From an uncultured Spirochaetota bacterium (GTDB lineage: Bacteria > Spirochaetota > Brevinematia > Brevinematales > JAOACQ01): a stretch of DNA of 64,000 bases. The stretch is from positions 416,001 to 480,000 of the forward strand of contig CAWAOD010000011.1 of the NCBI GenBank assembly GCA_963783575.1, written 5' to 3'. Shown here in pieces: positions 53,407-63,449 of the stretch. Both the position numbers and the translations under genes were made by a program. Below the pieces are notes generated by a model that was not told the DNA's origin, made no database searches, and was given only the letters and a program-made list of their open reading frames with translations. Position 1 is the stretch's first letter. Every line of letters starts with the position of its first letter.

Positions 53407-53547
53407 CTTTTGTGATAAAATATAACGGCTATGGACGCCGGGATAAAAGCGGCTAAGGTATCAGATTATCCGGATGTGATCGAGAAAAAATTACTTCCGC
53501 CGGATGACAGGAAACTTTATATTCCAAATAATATATAGGAAAAATCT

Positions 53548-54390
53548 ATGTTTAAAATACTGGAAAAATGTTGTCTCGGGCCAAAGATTCAACTGGCTGA
53601 GATTGATGCTCCGCTGATAGCTGAGAAAGCGATGGCAGGCCAGTTTGTCATCATACGAATGAAGGAAAAAGGAGAAAGAATTCCGTTAACAATTGCCGAT
53701 TATAACAGGGACAAAGGTACAGTAACGCTTGTTTTTCAGGAATTGGGCAAATCTACGCATCAGCTTGGAAGCATAAAGGCCGGCGATTATCTGATCGACA
53801 TGCTTGGCCCTCAGGGAAACCCTACGGAGATAGAAAATTTCGGAAATGTCGTTGTGATCGGCGGAGGGATTGGGATAGCGCCGGTATTTCCTCTTGCAAG
53901 AGAACTGAAAAAATCGGGTAATAAAGTATTGTCTATTATCGGCTACAGGTCTAAAGATCATGTTTTCTGGGAAGATAAAATGCGTTCGGTTTCCGATACG
54001 GTTATGGCAATGACTAACGATGGATCTTATGGTAAAAAAGGTCTTGTCACCGATGCTCTGATTAATCTCCTGATAAAAAGTGAAAAAATTGACAGGGTTT
54101 TCGCCATTGGACCGGCTGTCATGATGAAGGCGGTAACAAAGATGACAAAACCATTAGGGATTCCCACGATAGTCAGTCTGAACTCCCTTATGGTTTGTGG
54201 AATGGGGATGTGCGGAGCATGCAGGGTAACCGTCGGAGACAAGACTAAATTCACCTGCATGGATGGAGCAGATTTTGAGGGGAGTGATGTGGATTTCGAT
54301 GAACTGATGAAACGCCTTGACACATACAAACCGCAGGAAAAGTCATGTATGGAAAACTGGGATGTGGAGTGTTCCAATGTCCATCAGTAA
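53548..54390 (+). CDS. nfnA: Electron-bifurcating transhydrogenase small subunit (NfnA/SudB-like)
   Basis: GQFVI, ERIPLTIAD, GGGIGIAP, MVCGMGMCGAC, CMDG. Confidence 0.88.
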   Translation: MFKILEKCCLGPKIQLAEIDAPLIAEKAMAGQFVIIRMKEKGERIPLTIADYNRDKGTVTLVFQELGKSTHQLGSIKAGDYLIDMLGPQGNPTEIENFGNVVVIGGGIGIAPVFPLARELKKSGNKVLSIIGYRSKDHVFWEDKMRSVSDTVMAMTNDGSYGKKGLVTDALINLLIKSEKIDRVFAIGPAVMMKAVTKMTKPLGIPTIVSLNSLMVCGMGMCGACRVTVGDKTKFTCMDGADFEGSDVDFDELMKRLDTYKPQEKSCMENWDVECSNVHQ

Positions 54391-55783
54391 AAAAGCAGTG
54401 CCGATGCGGGAACAGCCTGCAGGGGAAAGAAGAAATAATTTCAATGAAGTTCCTTATGGATATTCTATTGAAGAAGCGATAACGGAGTCAGAAAGATGCC
54501 TTCAATGTAAGAATAAACCATGCATTGAAGGCTGTCCTGTAAACATTGATATCCCGGGTTTTATCCTTGCCGTAAAGCAGAAGGAATTTATGAAGGCCAG
54601 CGAAATAATTCATGCTACCGACGCTCTTCCCGCAATAACCGGCCGTGTATGTCCTCAAGAGGAACAGTGCCAATGCAGATGTGTTGCCGGAAAAATTGGA
54701 GACCCCGTGGCAATTGGAAGACTTGAGAGGTTTGTAGCCGACTGGGAACTCGCAGAGAGAAATAAAGGAAATGTTAAAATACCGGGAAAAAATATTACAA
54801 AAACCGAAAAAATAGCGGTCATCGGTTCAGGCCCTGCCGGGGTTTCTTGCGCTGCCGACCTCGCTATGATGGGTTATGAAGTTACTGTTTACGAAGGTTT
54901 TCATAGCCTTGGCGGTGTACTTGTATATGGAATTCCCGAATTCAGGCTGCCAAAGGATATTGTAAAAACTGAAATTGAATCTTTGAAGAACATGGGGGTC
55001 TATTTTCAGACGAATGTTCTGATCGGGCGTGCTCTGACAATTAATGACCTCTTTAAAAAAGGTTTTAAGGCTGTTTTTATCGGAACAGGTGCCGGATTAC
55101 CGGTTTTCATGGGTATACCTGGTGAGAACCTTAATGGCGTCTACTCAGCCAACGAGTATCTTACAAGGGTTAACCTTATGAAGGCATATGAATATCCTCA
55201 TAATTCCGAAACACCTGTTCTGATGGGGAAACGAGTAGCTGTTATAGGCGGAGGAAATGTGGCAATGGACGCCGCGAGGACGGCAATACGGCTGGGCGCC
55301 GAACATGTTTATTTGATTTACAGAAGAACGGAAAAGGAAATGCCGGCCAGAGTAGAAGAAGTGCACCATGCGAAGGAAGAAGGCATTGAATTTCAGTTTT
55401 TATCTGCGCCGTTGTATTATATCGGCGATGAAACGGGTTTTATAGAATCCGTGAAGTGTATCAGAATGGAGCTTGGCGAACCGGATTCATCTGGAAGGAG
55501 GAGGCCTATAGAAATCAAAGGATCGGAATATATGCTTGAAATCGACCAGGTGATTGTCGCTATAGGAACTACGCCCAACCCTCTGATTAAAAAAACGACA
55601 CCGGAACTGACAACAAAGAAGCATGGTGAAATAGAAGCCGATGAGGATGGGAAGACATCTATGGAAGGAGTTTTCGCTGGAGGCGATATTGTTACCGGAG
55701 CAGCTACTGTTGTCACAGCCATGGGCGCAGGAAAAAAAGCGGCAGCGGCTATAAACTCCTATATCGTTTCCCAACAAAACTGA
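54377..55783 (+). CDS. nfnB: Electron-bifurcating transhydrogenase large subunit (NfnB/SudA, GltD-like)
   Basis: RCLQC, CP, GRVCPQE.QC, GSGPAG, GGGNVAMD, YRR, FAGGD; overlaps nfnA; ATG 54377. Confidence 0.88.
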   Translation: MSISKKAVPMREQPAGERRNNFNEVPYGYSIEEAITESERCLQCKNKPCIEGCPVNIDIPGFILAVKQKEFMKASEIIHATDALPAITGRVCPQEEQCQCRCVAGKIGDPVAIGRLERFVADWELAERNKGNVKIPGKNITKTEKIAVIGSGPAGVSCAADLAMMGYEVTVYEGFHSLGGVLVYGIPEFRLPKDIVKTEIESLKNMGVYFQTNVLIGRALTINDLFKKGFKAVFIGTGAGLPVFMGIPGENLNGVYSANEYLTRVNLMKAYEYPHNSETPVLMGKRVAVIGGGNVAMDAARTAIRLGAEHVYLIYRRTEKEMPARVEEVHHAKEEGIEFQFLSAPLYYIGDETGFIESVKCIRMELGEPDSSGRRRPIEIKGSEYMLEIDQVIVAIGTTPNPLIKKTTPELTTKKHGEIEADEDGKTSMEGVFAGGDIVTGAATVVTAMGAGKKAAAAINSYIVSQQN

Positions 55784-55895
55784 CAGGGATTGTTAAGATA
55801 AAATTTAATAGCAGTCTCAAGTAATACTAATAGCATCTTCATACCAGCAGTATTTACTGTAATGCGAATTTTAGATAAATGGTTAAATATACAAT

Positions 55896-55924
55896 TCCCC
55901 CGGTTCGATAAACTTACCGGGGGA
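55896..55924. repeat. REP-like hairpin between the convergent operons
   Basis: tcccccggt-tcgataaactt-accggggga; core ggttcgataaacttacc resembles the 39024 elements. Confidence 0.65.
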
Positions 55925-55942
55925 TGGGCATTATTTAGTAAT

Positions 55943-57597
55943 TTAGTTTTTTCCTAACGCTGGAATTGATGGCAAAGTTGTATACATTCTGTCTCCAATA
56001 TTGTTAGGATCGAAAATCTCTTTAATTTTTGCCTGGTACCAGAATACAAGCGGTTGTTTCAATTTTCTCAATTCTTCATGAATCTTTTCGTCTGTCCAAC
56101 CGACTTGCAGGTATATAAATTCTTTCCCGGGCGGATAGCCGTTAGAAACTGCGTCTCTTACCGCATCTTCCATGTGTTTGATGGCAGCAGCGTTGGAAGC
56201 AGCATCGGCTGGGTCATAAGAAACAAACTGTTCGAATCCCATTGCTCCTCCCCCGTAAGGCCGCTTCCGCAACCCATTAAAGCATCGCCTCCGCACTGAA
56301 CAAGATTTCCGCTTTCAGCATCCCTTGCCAACCCTGCGATGGCGATAGGGGCATAACCTTTTACAAGATCAGGGGTTCCGGATTGCATCCAGCTGCCGAG
56401 GTAGCCGCCCACCCAGACAAAATTCAGGTGCTTATGCCCCAATCTTTGCAGATACATATTTGTAAATTCGGCCATTTCCTGTTCACAGTATTTTTTTACC
56501 TTAAAGCCGCCGGTTTCTTTTAGAATTTCATCAAGAATTTTATCCTGAAGTTCAATATCTTTAATGGAGCGGCCTGAAAGAATTATCTGAAATGAAATTC
56601 TCATTTCTTCCGTGAGCTTTTTAATTTCCGGATCATTGACCATTGTCTCAACATCATTGAGTGTTTTTTTATAATCATTGTACATCAGCCAGAAGGCTGG
56701 AGCCAGATTAGCGCCGGCAAGATTGAATTGTCTATGGAAGATATAACCTATTTCATTATCATAGATTTTGTAATAACTGTCGGCCCATGCGTCCCAGTTC
56801 GGCATTGCAAGAGTATAAACCCTGAAATTATCCCCGACCGGCAGACGGTAGGCTGGAACAGTACCCTTTACATCCAATTTCGCCGGGCCATTCCAGGGGG
56901 ATAGTTTAATAGCGCATTTCGTATATACACCTAATCCGCCTCTTGAACCCATTACGCCTCTGAGTATACCCCTTATGCTCGATCCCGGGCCTTCGCTGCA
57001 GAAACACTCTCCGGTGGAATTGAATGAACCGATTGTTAAAACTTCACCTTCCGGAGTAACCCACTCCATACCAAGAAGGTTATCTGAATTATGTCCCATA
57101 TAATATGTGCTCGGTCCCGGTCCAAAGTAGGCGCAAGCGCTTGCCACAATCGATGTGGTTGATCCTGCCCCAATAATATTAAGATTCAATCCAAGTTTCA
57201 TTACTTCGGCTTGAAGTTGTGCACAGATAACATAAGGTTCAACTATCGCCACCATGTTTTTTTCATCGATTTTAATAATCTTGTTCATTCTTCTGAGATC
57301 CAGTTGGATTGTATCTTCACTGTCCTTTAAAGGCGCAGCCCAATGGTACCAGCCTGTTGAAATCGGTTTTAATTTTATTTTATATTTGTTGCATACTTTG
57401 GTAATTGCCTGTACCTCTTTTGTACTTTCAGGCATTATAACCGCAACAGGCCGGGGCATGAATTTACTGTAGTTTTTACGGACGGTTTCCGCCATCCATT
57501 CAAAAGCATAGGAATCGAGAAATGCCGGATCATCTGTTATATATTCTGGTCCTACTATATCTTCAAATTCACGGTAAGCTTCTTTTGATAACGCCAT
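55943..57597 (-). CDS. FAD-binding oxidoreductase (VAO/PCMH superfamily), frameshifted near 56250-56258
   Basis: PVAVIMPESTKEVQ, LDLRRMNKI, VEPYV, GGLGVYTK; C-terminal IFDPNN in the second ORF. Confidence 0.85.
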
Positions 57598-57618
57598 ATT
57601 TAATCCTCCTTACAAAAT

Positions 57619-58890
57619 TTACACAGCCAGGTCTATAAGTTCCATGATGTCAAATATTTTCATTTTTCTATTTCTTCCATTTTCGGCTTCAATAAAATTA
57701 TCCTCACACCATGGGCAGGCAGTCACAAGAGCTTCGGCACCGGTAGATTCAGCTTCCTCTATTCTTTCCGAGGCGGTCGCGCTTGAAAACTCGGGATAAG
57801 CCTCTTTAACTCCGCCACCGGCTCCGCAACACCACGCGGATTCCCTATTGCGCTCCATTTCAATCAGTTCCAGACCCGGTATCGCATTTAAAATATTTCT
57901 CGGCTGATCATAAATTCCATAAGCGCCGATATATCTTGGTCTTGGAGGATCATAGATAACAGCCTGACCGAAAATCTTTTTTTCCTTGCCATTCCACTCA
58001 ACATAAGGCTCTCCCTGTCTTCCCAGATAACAGGGATCATGGTAAGTTACTTTCATATTTACTTTTTTAGTAAATTTTAACTTACCTTCTTTAATAAGCT
58101 TATCCGTAAATTCAACCATGTGCATCACCTCAATTTTTGAGCCGTCCTTTGCATAAAGCCTTTTAAAAGTATGGTAACAATCGGCACATGGAGTAACAAC
58201 TGTCTTTATTCCGGCTTTTTCCCATGCGGCTAAATTACTATTCAGGCCATTTTCATAATCTTTTTTGTAACCCATATGGTAGGCCCGGCCGCCGCAGCAT
58301 CCCTCGTTTTGCCCGAAAATTCCGAAATCGATTTTTGCTTTTTGCATGATTCCGACAGAAATTCTGGCGATTTTTTGCAGGTCAGGATTATATGAATATT
58401 GACAGCCCGCATGAAAAACAACTTCGGCTTTTTCTTTTGAAAGGTCTTTAATTTTAAGATCTTTTGCCCAATCACCTCTTTTATCTTTAGGCTTTTTGAG
58501 CATATTGTTCAGTTTTCGATAGCCTTCCATAACCTTGTCATTCTGGGGTATTGTCTTTCCGTCTTCAACCAGTTTAAATCTCAATTCATGCAATGCCGCT
58601 AATGGTTCCATATCATAACGGCATATTTTACAGGTAACATCGCAGTTCCCACAGAGCTGGCATTTAAAAACGGAGTCTTTCACCTTATCGGTAACCTCGA
58701 TCCTGCCTTCCAGCAAAGATAACAAAGTCACCAGCCTTCCGCCGGCCGAATAAGAATGAAAATGATTATATTCTATACTCGGACACCCTTTTGCAAATCT
58801 CCAGCTTTTTATTTGATCAATAGGAATCCACTTGCAATAAGCGCATCTTGTACAACGTAACGCATCATTTTTATAATCTTCAAGCGCCAT
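57619..58890 (-). CDS. (Fe-S)-binding protein with two CCG domains (GlcF/HdrD-like)
   Basis: CTRCAYC, CQLCGNCDVTC, CCGG, TPCADC, YHDPCYLGR, CCGAGGG, TACPWC. Confidence 0.9.
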   Translation of the reverse strand: MALEDYKNDALRCTRCAYCKWIPIDQIKSWRFAKGCPSIEYNHFHSYSAGGRLVTLLSLLEGRIEVTDKVKDSVFKCQLCGNCDVTCKICRYDMEPLAALHELRFKLVEDGKTIPQNDKVMEGYRKLNNMLKKPKDKRGDWAKDLKIKDLSKEKAEVVFHAGCQYSYNPDLQKIARISVGIMQKAKIDFGIFGQNEGCCGGRAYHMGYKKDYENGLNSNLAAWEKAGIKTVVTPCADCYHTFKRLYAKDGSKIEVMHMVEFTDKLIKEGKLKFTKKVNMKVTYHDPCYLGRQGEPYVEWNGKEKKIFGQAVIYDPPRPRYIGAYGIYDQPRNILNAIPGLELIEMERNRESAWCCGAGGGVKEAYPEFSSATASERIEEAESTGAEALVTACPWCEDNFIEAENGRNRKMKIFDIMELIDLAV

Positions 58891-58909
58891 AATATATTCC
58901 TCCTATAAT

Positions 58910-60382
58910 TTAATTAAAACACAATTTTCCCGGATTCATAATATTGTTAGGGTCGAATAATTTTTTGATTTTTCTCAAAGTAATTTTACTGTCAGCATCT
59001 TTTTGATACATCAAATCCGACCACATCCCATACGGTCTTGAAAAATAAGCTCCATCCAGCGAGTGCAAACTGCTTGCTTTCATGAATAATTCTTTTACCA
59101 TTGCCGTCTCTTCCTTATCACCGGGATTATAGGGAAGATTGAACTCACAATGATAGGATGCTCCCTGGTGTTGCGGCTGCAGGTAGACGCCTATATCAGT
59201 TGAAGGATAATTAAATTCTTCAGCCGCCGAGTTCATTGTCTTTAAAAATTGAGGGGTTTTATCAAGTGTCGTCAAGAAAAATATATCAGTGCATCCGCCT
59301 TTGTAATTAAATTTCCAGTATTTTTCAGATGAAGGGTTCAAAATAGTATCCAGAATTACATTGTTACTTACCTGTGAAATACCGGTAAGGGCTTCCAAAC
59401 CATGCTGTTGTGCATAAGCAATGATATCACTCTCCATAACTTCCACTTTTTCTTCAGGAAATAACGCTCTTCCCGATATACCGATGAGCATTGTCCATAA
59501 TGGTAAAATTTTCTTAAAATTATCAATTTTTTTCGCATCTTTCCCGATCATATTTGCAAGCTGGGAATTATTGACTATGATAACTTCATCACCCATCCTT
59601 TGTTTCTGGATTTCATAGGAAAAATCAATAAGATTTTCGAGCTTTTTAGCAGGGATAATTAAGAGTTTGCGAATGCTCGGTAATATTTCACATTTTACAG
59701 AAGCCCAGAATACGATTCCCATTGTACCTTGTGAACCTGTCAATATTTTAATAAAATCGGTCGCATTTGGACCTTTAGGGTCTACCTGTACGGTACCGGA
59801 TTTCCATTGATCTTCCAGATTAAGGGAAGAATTTCCGGCATCACCGGTATAAATAATATCTCCGTTCCCGAACACTACTCCACAAGTTCTTAATGGCTCT
59901 GTAAGCGAATATTGATATCTTGGTATTGTAGTAGGCTGTCTTTCGAGAAGACTTGCTATTACAGATTTGTTTGCTTTTGGAAGCAGAGGCATTGTTACTC
60001 TTAAGCCTTCCTTAGCAAGAGCCGTTTCCAGCTGGCTATAAGTTACACCGGGTTCTATGACTGCTATCCTATTCCTGCTGTCAATTCTCAGGATTTTGTT
60101 CATTCCGCTCAAATCTACAATTACAGCGCTGGTAACGCTGGGAACAGTGTCGCCGTAAAAATGGGGCGATCCTGAACTGACAGGTATAAGCGGAGTTTTT
60201 GTTTCATTCGCCCATTTTACAAGTTCCTTAATTTGATTTACTCCGGTTGGTTTTACTATAAACCATGGTTTAATCTGCTTAACGAAGCTGTTATCACTTT
60301 TGTAATTATCAAGAATCTCCGGGTTGTCTATAACACTGCTGTTATCGAAAATCTTTAAAAGACTCTCTTTGGTGCTGTTCAT
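58910..60382 (-). CDS. FAD-binding oxidoreductase (VAO/PCMH superfamily)
   Basis: IVDLSGMNKIL, IEPGVTY, GSQGTMGIV, FDPNNIMNPGKL. Confidence 0.88.
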   Translation of the reverse strand: MNSTKESLLKIFDNSSVIDNPEILDNYKSDNSFVKQIKPWFIVKPTGVNQIKELVKWANETKTPLIPVSSGSPHFYGDTVPSVTSAVIVDLSGMNKILRIDSRNRIAVIEPGVTYSQLETALAKEGLRVTMPLLPKANKSVIASLLERQPTTIPRYQYSLTEPLRTCGVVFGNGDIIYTGDAGNSSLNLEDQWKSGTVQVDPKGPNATDFIKILTGSQGTMGIVFWASVKCEILPSIRKLLIIPAKKLENLIDFSYEIQKQRMGDEVIIVNNSQLANMIGKDAKKIDNFKKILPLWTMLIGISGRALFPEEKVEVMESDIIAYAQQHGLEALTGISQVSNNVILDTILNPSSEKYWKFNYKGGCTDIFFLTTLDKTPQFLKTMNSAAEEFNYPSTDIGVYLQPQHQGASYHCEFNLPYNPGDKEETAMVKELFMKASSLHSLDGAYFSRPYGMWSDLMYQKDADSKITLRKIKKLFDPNNIMNPGKLCFN

Positions 60383-60411
60383 CTATTACCTCCCTTGAAA
60401 ATTAGAAATAT

Positions 60412-60443
60412 GTTACGAGTGGCATTTATCTGCCACTCGTAAC
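60412..60443. other. Perfect 13 bp intercistronic hairpin
   Basis: gttacgagtggca-tttatc-tgccactcgtaac between the MFS and first FAD gene. Confidence 0.75.
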
Positions 60444-60502
60444 TGTTAAACTTTTATCCCTTGGCTATCCCTAGGATTATTATAAGTTATGTTTATCTGA
60501 AT

Positions 60503-61720
60503 TTATGCCTGCTGCTGTTTCTTTATCCTATTGGCAACAGGCAAAGCCAATATTCCTCCCAAAAGTATAATCGGGATCAAAACGATAAGCACCTGTGCCG
60601 CGGTTTTTCCACTACCAAGCAAAATACCGGCAAGCATAGGCCCACAAAAAGTACCAAGGCGTCCGAAGGTTACAGCTGCTCCTACACCTGTATTTCTTAT
60701 TTCAGCAGGATAGCAAAGCGGCGCGAAAGCTAGAAGTATACACTGTGCGGCGCCTACTGTCAGGCCCAGGAAAAAGCCTACCGGCAATATTTGACCGAAT
60801 TTAAGTGTAGCAAAACCTATAACAGCCAGGAATACTGCCAGTCCTATATATGCGGTTATTGGAGTGGAGTAAATTAATTTCTTATCCAGGAGATATCCCG
60901 CCAGAGCAGCTCCTATACAAAAACCCAGGTTAAAAATAATCTGGACAACCTGAGCATTCTGCTTGGATAATCCCATGGCTTCCATTAATGAAGGCATCCA
61001 GCCTAAAAGTAAATACATGACAAGCAGTGTCATAAATGTAGCCAGCCATATGGATATCGATGTGGCTGCCTGACCCTTTCCAAAGATTCCGGAAAATACA
61101 TTTTTGCCTAATGCCTTCGATTCATCTTGCTTGCCGGATGATATTGGTGATTCTTTAGGAAGTAAAAAAGCAAGAAGGGGCGCTACAATAATAGGAGCCA
61201 GACCGCCTATAAGGTAAACTGGCTTCCAGTTATTGCCGAAAGCTCCGATCATCATTACCACGCTTGAAAGAACTCCTCCTATCGGGATGGCGCTGTAAAT
61301 AAATCCCACAGCTCTTTTCTTTAGTTGTACCGGGCTGTGGTCACTGGCCATTGCTATAACAAGCGGCATGGCTGCCCCAAGTCCGAGACCGGTAAAAAAC
61401 CTTGCTATCATAAGCGTCGAAAGTCCTGTGGCAAACACCGTTGAAATAGATGAAATACCGAATAATAAAATACCTGTTATTAGGACCGGTTTACGTCCGA
61501 AACGATCGGCCAGAAAACCGCCTATTATAGCAGCAAGAAAGACACCAATTGCGCTTGAGCTAAGAAAAACGCCCATCTGGGCAGGCATAAGATGAAAAGC
61601 CGGTGCGATTCTTGGCGCAGAAACACCGGCAGCCTGGAGATCAAATCCCTCCAGTAAAATAACAAGAGCACATAAAACAATGACACGATAGGTGTGAAGC
61701 GATTTTACAGAGTTTTCCAT
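60503..61720 (-). CDS. MFS transporter, aromatic acid:H+ symporter family (MhpT-like)
   Basis: LEGFDLQAAGVSAP, ADRFGRKPVL, ARFFTGLGLGAAMP, YLLLGWMPSL, TGVGAAV.FGRLG. Confidence 0.88.
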   Translation of the reverse strand: MENSVKSLHTYRVIVLCALVILLEGFDLQAAGVSAPRIAPAFHLMPAQMGVFLSSSAIGVFLAAIIGGFLADRFGRKPVLITGILLFGISSISTVFATGLSTLMIARFFTGLGLGAAMPLVIAMASDHSPVQLKKRAVGFIYSAIPIGGVLSSVVMMIGAFGNNWKPVYLIGGLAPIIVAPLLAFLLPKESPISSGKQDESKALGKNVFSGIFGKGQAATSISIWLATFMTLLVMYLLLGWMPSLMEAMGLSKQNAQVVQIIFNLGFCIGAALAGYLLDKKLIYSTPITAYIGLAVFLAVIGFATLKFGQILPVGFFLGLTVGAAQCILLAFAPLCYPAEIRNTGVGAAVTFGRLGTFCGPMLAGILLGSGKTAAQVLIVLIPIILLGGILALPVANRIKKQQQA

Positions 61721-61740
61721 GAATATCCTCCAAATTATTT

Positions 61741-61798
61741 ATTCACCGAACTAGTTCAGCGAACAGATTCATTCTATATTAATTTGAAAAAAAGTCAA
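61741..61798 (-). promoter_or_regulatory. Sigma70 promoter with overlapping tandem operator (copy 2)
   Basis: Minus strand TTGACT-16-TAGAAT, then aatgaatctgttcgctgaactagttcggtgaat (61773-61741). Confidence 0.85.
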
Positions 61799-61900
61799 TA
61801 GTTTTAACAAAATATTTTTTACAAATAAACAAATTTTGCATAAGTTCAAATTTTTCAATTTTCATATGGTCTGTATTGGGTGAAAGTAAACATTTTCTAT

Positions 61901-61929
61901 TTGACTTTTTATAAATTGTAAATTATAGT
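61901..61929 (+). promoter_or_regulatory. Sigma70 promoter of the corrinoid cluster
   Basis: TTGACT-17-TATAGT. Confidence 0.6.
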
Positions 61930-61976
61930 TTTTTAACTTTATAAATTATGAATTAATTATTATAAATGAGGATGTT

Positions 61977-62647
61977 ATGAGTAATATATTGGAACAGCTG
62001 GCTTTATGTATCGAGCGCGGTAAGATGGATGCAAATTCTTCCTATCCTCCGGATATGAAAGGGCAAAAAGGAGCCGATGAATTGACAAAAGAGGCTATTG
62101 CGGCTAATATTCCGGTAAATGATATACTTGAAAAAGCCCTCATAACAGGAATGAACAATATCGGAATCAAATTTAAGGAAAACAAGGTTTTTGTTCCTGA
62201 TTTGATGATGGCGGCAAAGGCTATGAAAACAGCGATGAATTATTTAAAACCCTATTTTCAGAAAGGAGAGGCAAAAAAGAAAGGTACATTGATTATAGGA
62301 ACAGCGGCAGGTGATTTGCATGATATAGGAAAAAAGTCGTGGTTGCCCTGATTATTGAAGGAGCCGGATGGGAAGTAATAGACCTTGGCGTTGATGTTAA
62401 AACGGATAAATTCCTGAATGCAATCAATGAAAAACCTCAAGCGGTGGTAGGTTTAAGTTCTTTGTTAACAACCACAATGATGTCCATGGCTCATTCTGTT
62501 AAAGCCATAAAGGAGAAATTCCCGGGCACAAAGATTATTGTAGGCGGAGCCCCCGTCACCAAGGCGTTTGCCGATAAAATCGGGGCTCATGCTAACGCAT
62601 CCGATCCTCAAAGCGCAATAAAAGTCCTTAATGATTTGGTTTCATAA
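61977..62647 (+). CDS. Corrinoid (cobalamin-binding) protein, frameshifted at A6 62330-62335
   Basis: VFVPDLMMAAKAM cap domain, GDLHDIGK, VIDLGVDV, SSLLTTTM, IVGGAPVT. Confidence 0.92.
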
Positions 62648-62729
62648 TCAAATTTGCAATTGAAAATATTAGAATATCAATGCAGAAGTGGAAAAATACT
62701 GAACAAAATAATATTCAAGAAAGAGGAGT

Positions 62730-63449
62730 ATGTTAGAAAATATAGAAAAACCTTTTATATTTAAAATAGATATTGATAATGATTTTGAAATAACAAAAGG
62801 GTCATTATTGGAATTCATGGGATACCGATCCGAATCTTATCCCGAAGTACTGGATGATTGTTTTGAAATATTATTTAAAAATCTTTCAAGGCATTATAAA
62901 CCTCAAGCAGGATTCTGCATTTGTAAAAAGGTCAGTGCGGCTGGAAAAGGTTTTATTTGTGAAGATGTCTTTTTTTCAACCGGGAAAATAATCGCCGAAA
63001 GGCTGAGACGCTCGGAGCATCTTGCTTTTTTCATATTGACCGCAGGAGCCGAAATGGATGAATGGTCCGGTAAATTGTTCAGTGAGGATAATACATTATT
63101 GGGTTATATAGTCGACTGCGCCGGTTCCGAATTGGCTGAAAATCTTGCGGATAAAGTCCAAAATAAACTGGAGGAGATTTGCAAGGCGGAAGGGCTTTTT
63201 ATAACAAACCGTTATAGCCCGGGATATTGCGGATGGGACACAAAAGAACAAAAGAAGCTTTTTTCATTTTTCCCTGATAATTTCTGCGGGGTAAGTTTAA
63301 ATGAGTCATGTTTGATGAACCCTATTAAATCTATTAGCGGAGTTATCGGGCTGGGTAAAAAGGTCGCAAAACAGGAATACCAATGTTCAATTTGCGGCCG
63401 TAAGGATTGTTTTAAAAAAACAATAAAAAAAGCAGGTAAATATGAATAA
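62730..63449 (+). CDS. Stand-alone methionine synthase activation (AdoMet-binding) domain
   Basis: FILTAG, DCAGSELAE, RYSPGYCGW, MNPIKSISGVIG; terminal CxxCxxxxC. Confidence 0.88.
   Translation: MLENIEKPFIFKIDIDNDFEITKGSLLEFMGYRSESYPEVLDDCFEILFKNLSRHYKPQAGFCICKKVSAAGKGFICEDVFFSTGKIIAERLRRSEHLAFFILTAGAEMDEWSGKLFSEDNTLLGYIVDCAGSELAENLADKVQNKLEEICKAEGLFITNRYSPGYCGWDTKEQKKLFSFFPDNFCGVSLNESCLMNPIKSISGVIGLGKKVAKQEYQCSICGRKDCFKKTIKKAGKYE

Noticed and set aside
54377..55783. Glutamate synthase small subunit or PreT
   Set aside because: It is coupled to an NfnA/SudB-like gene with no gltB or preA beside it, which fits NfnAB.
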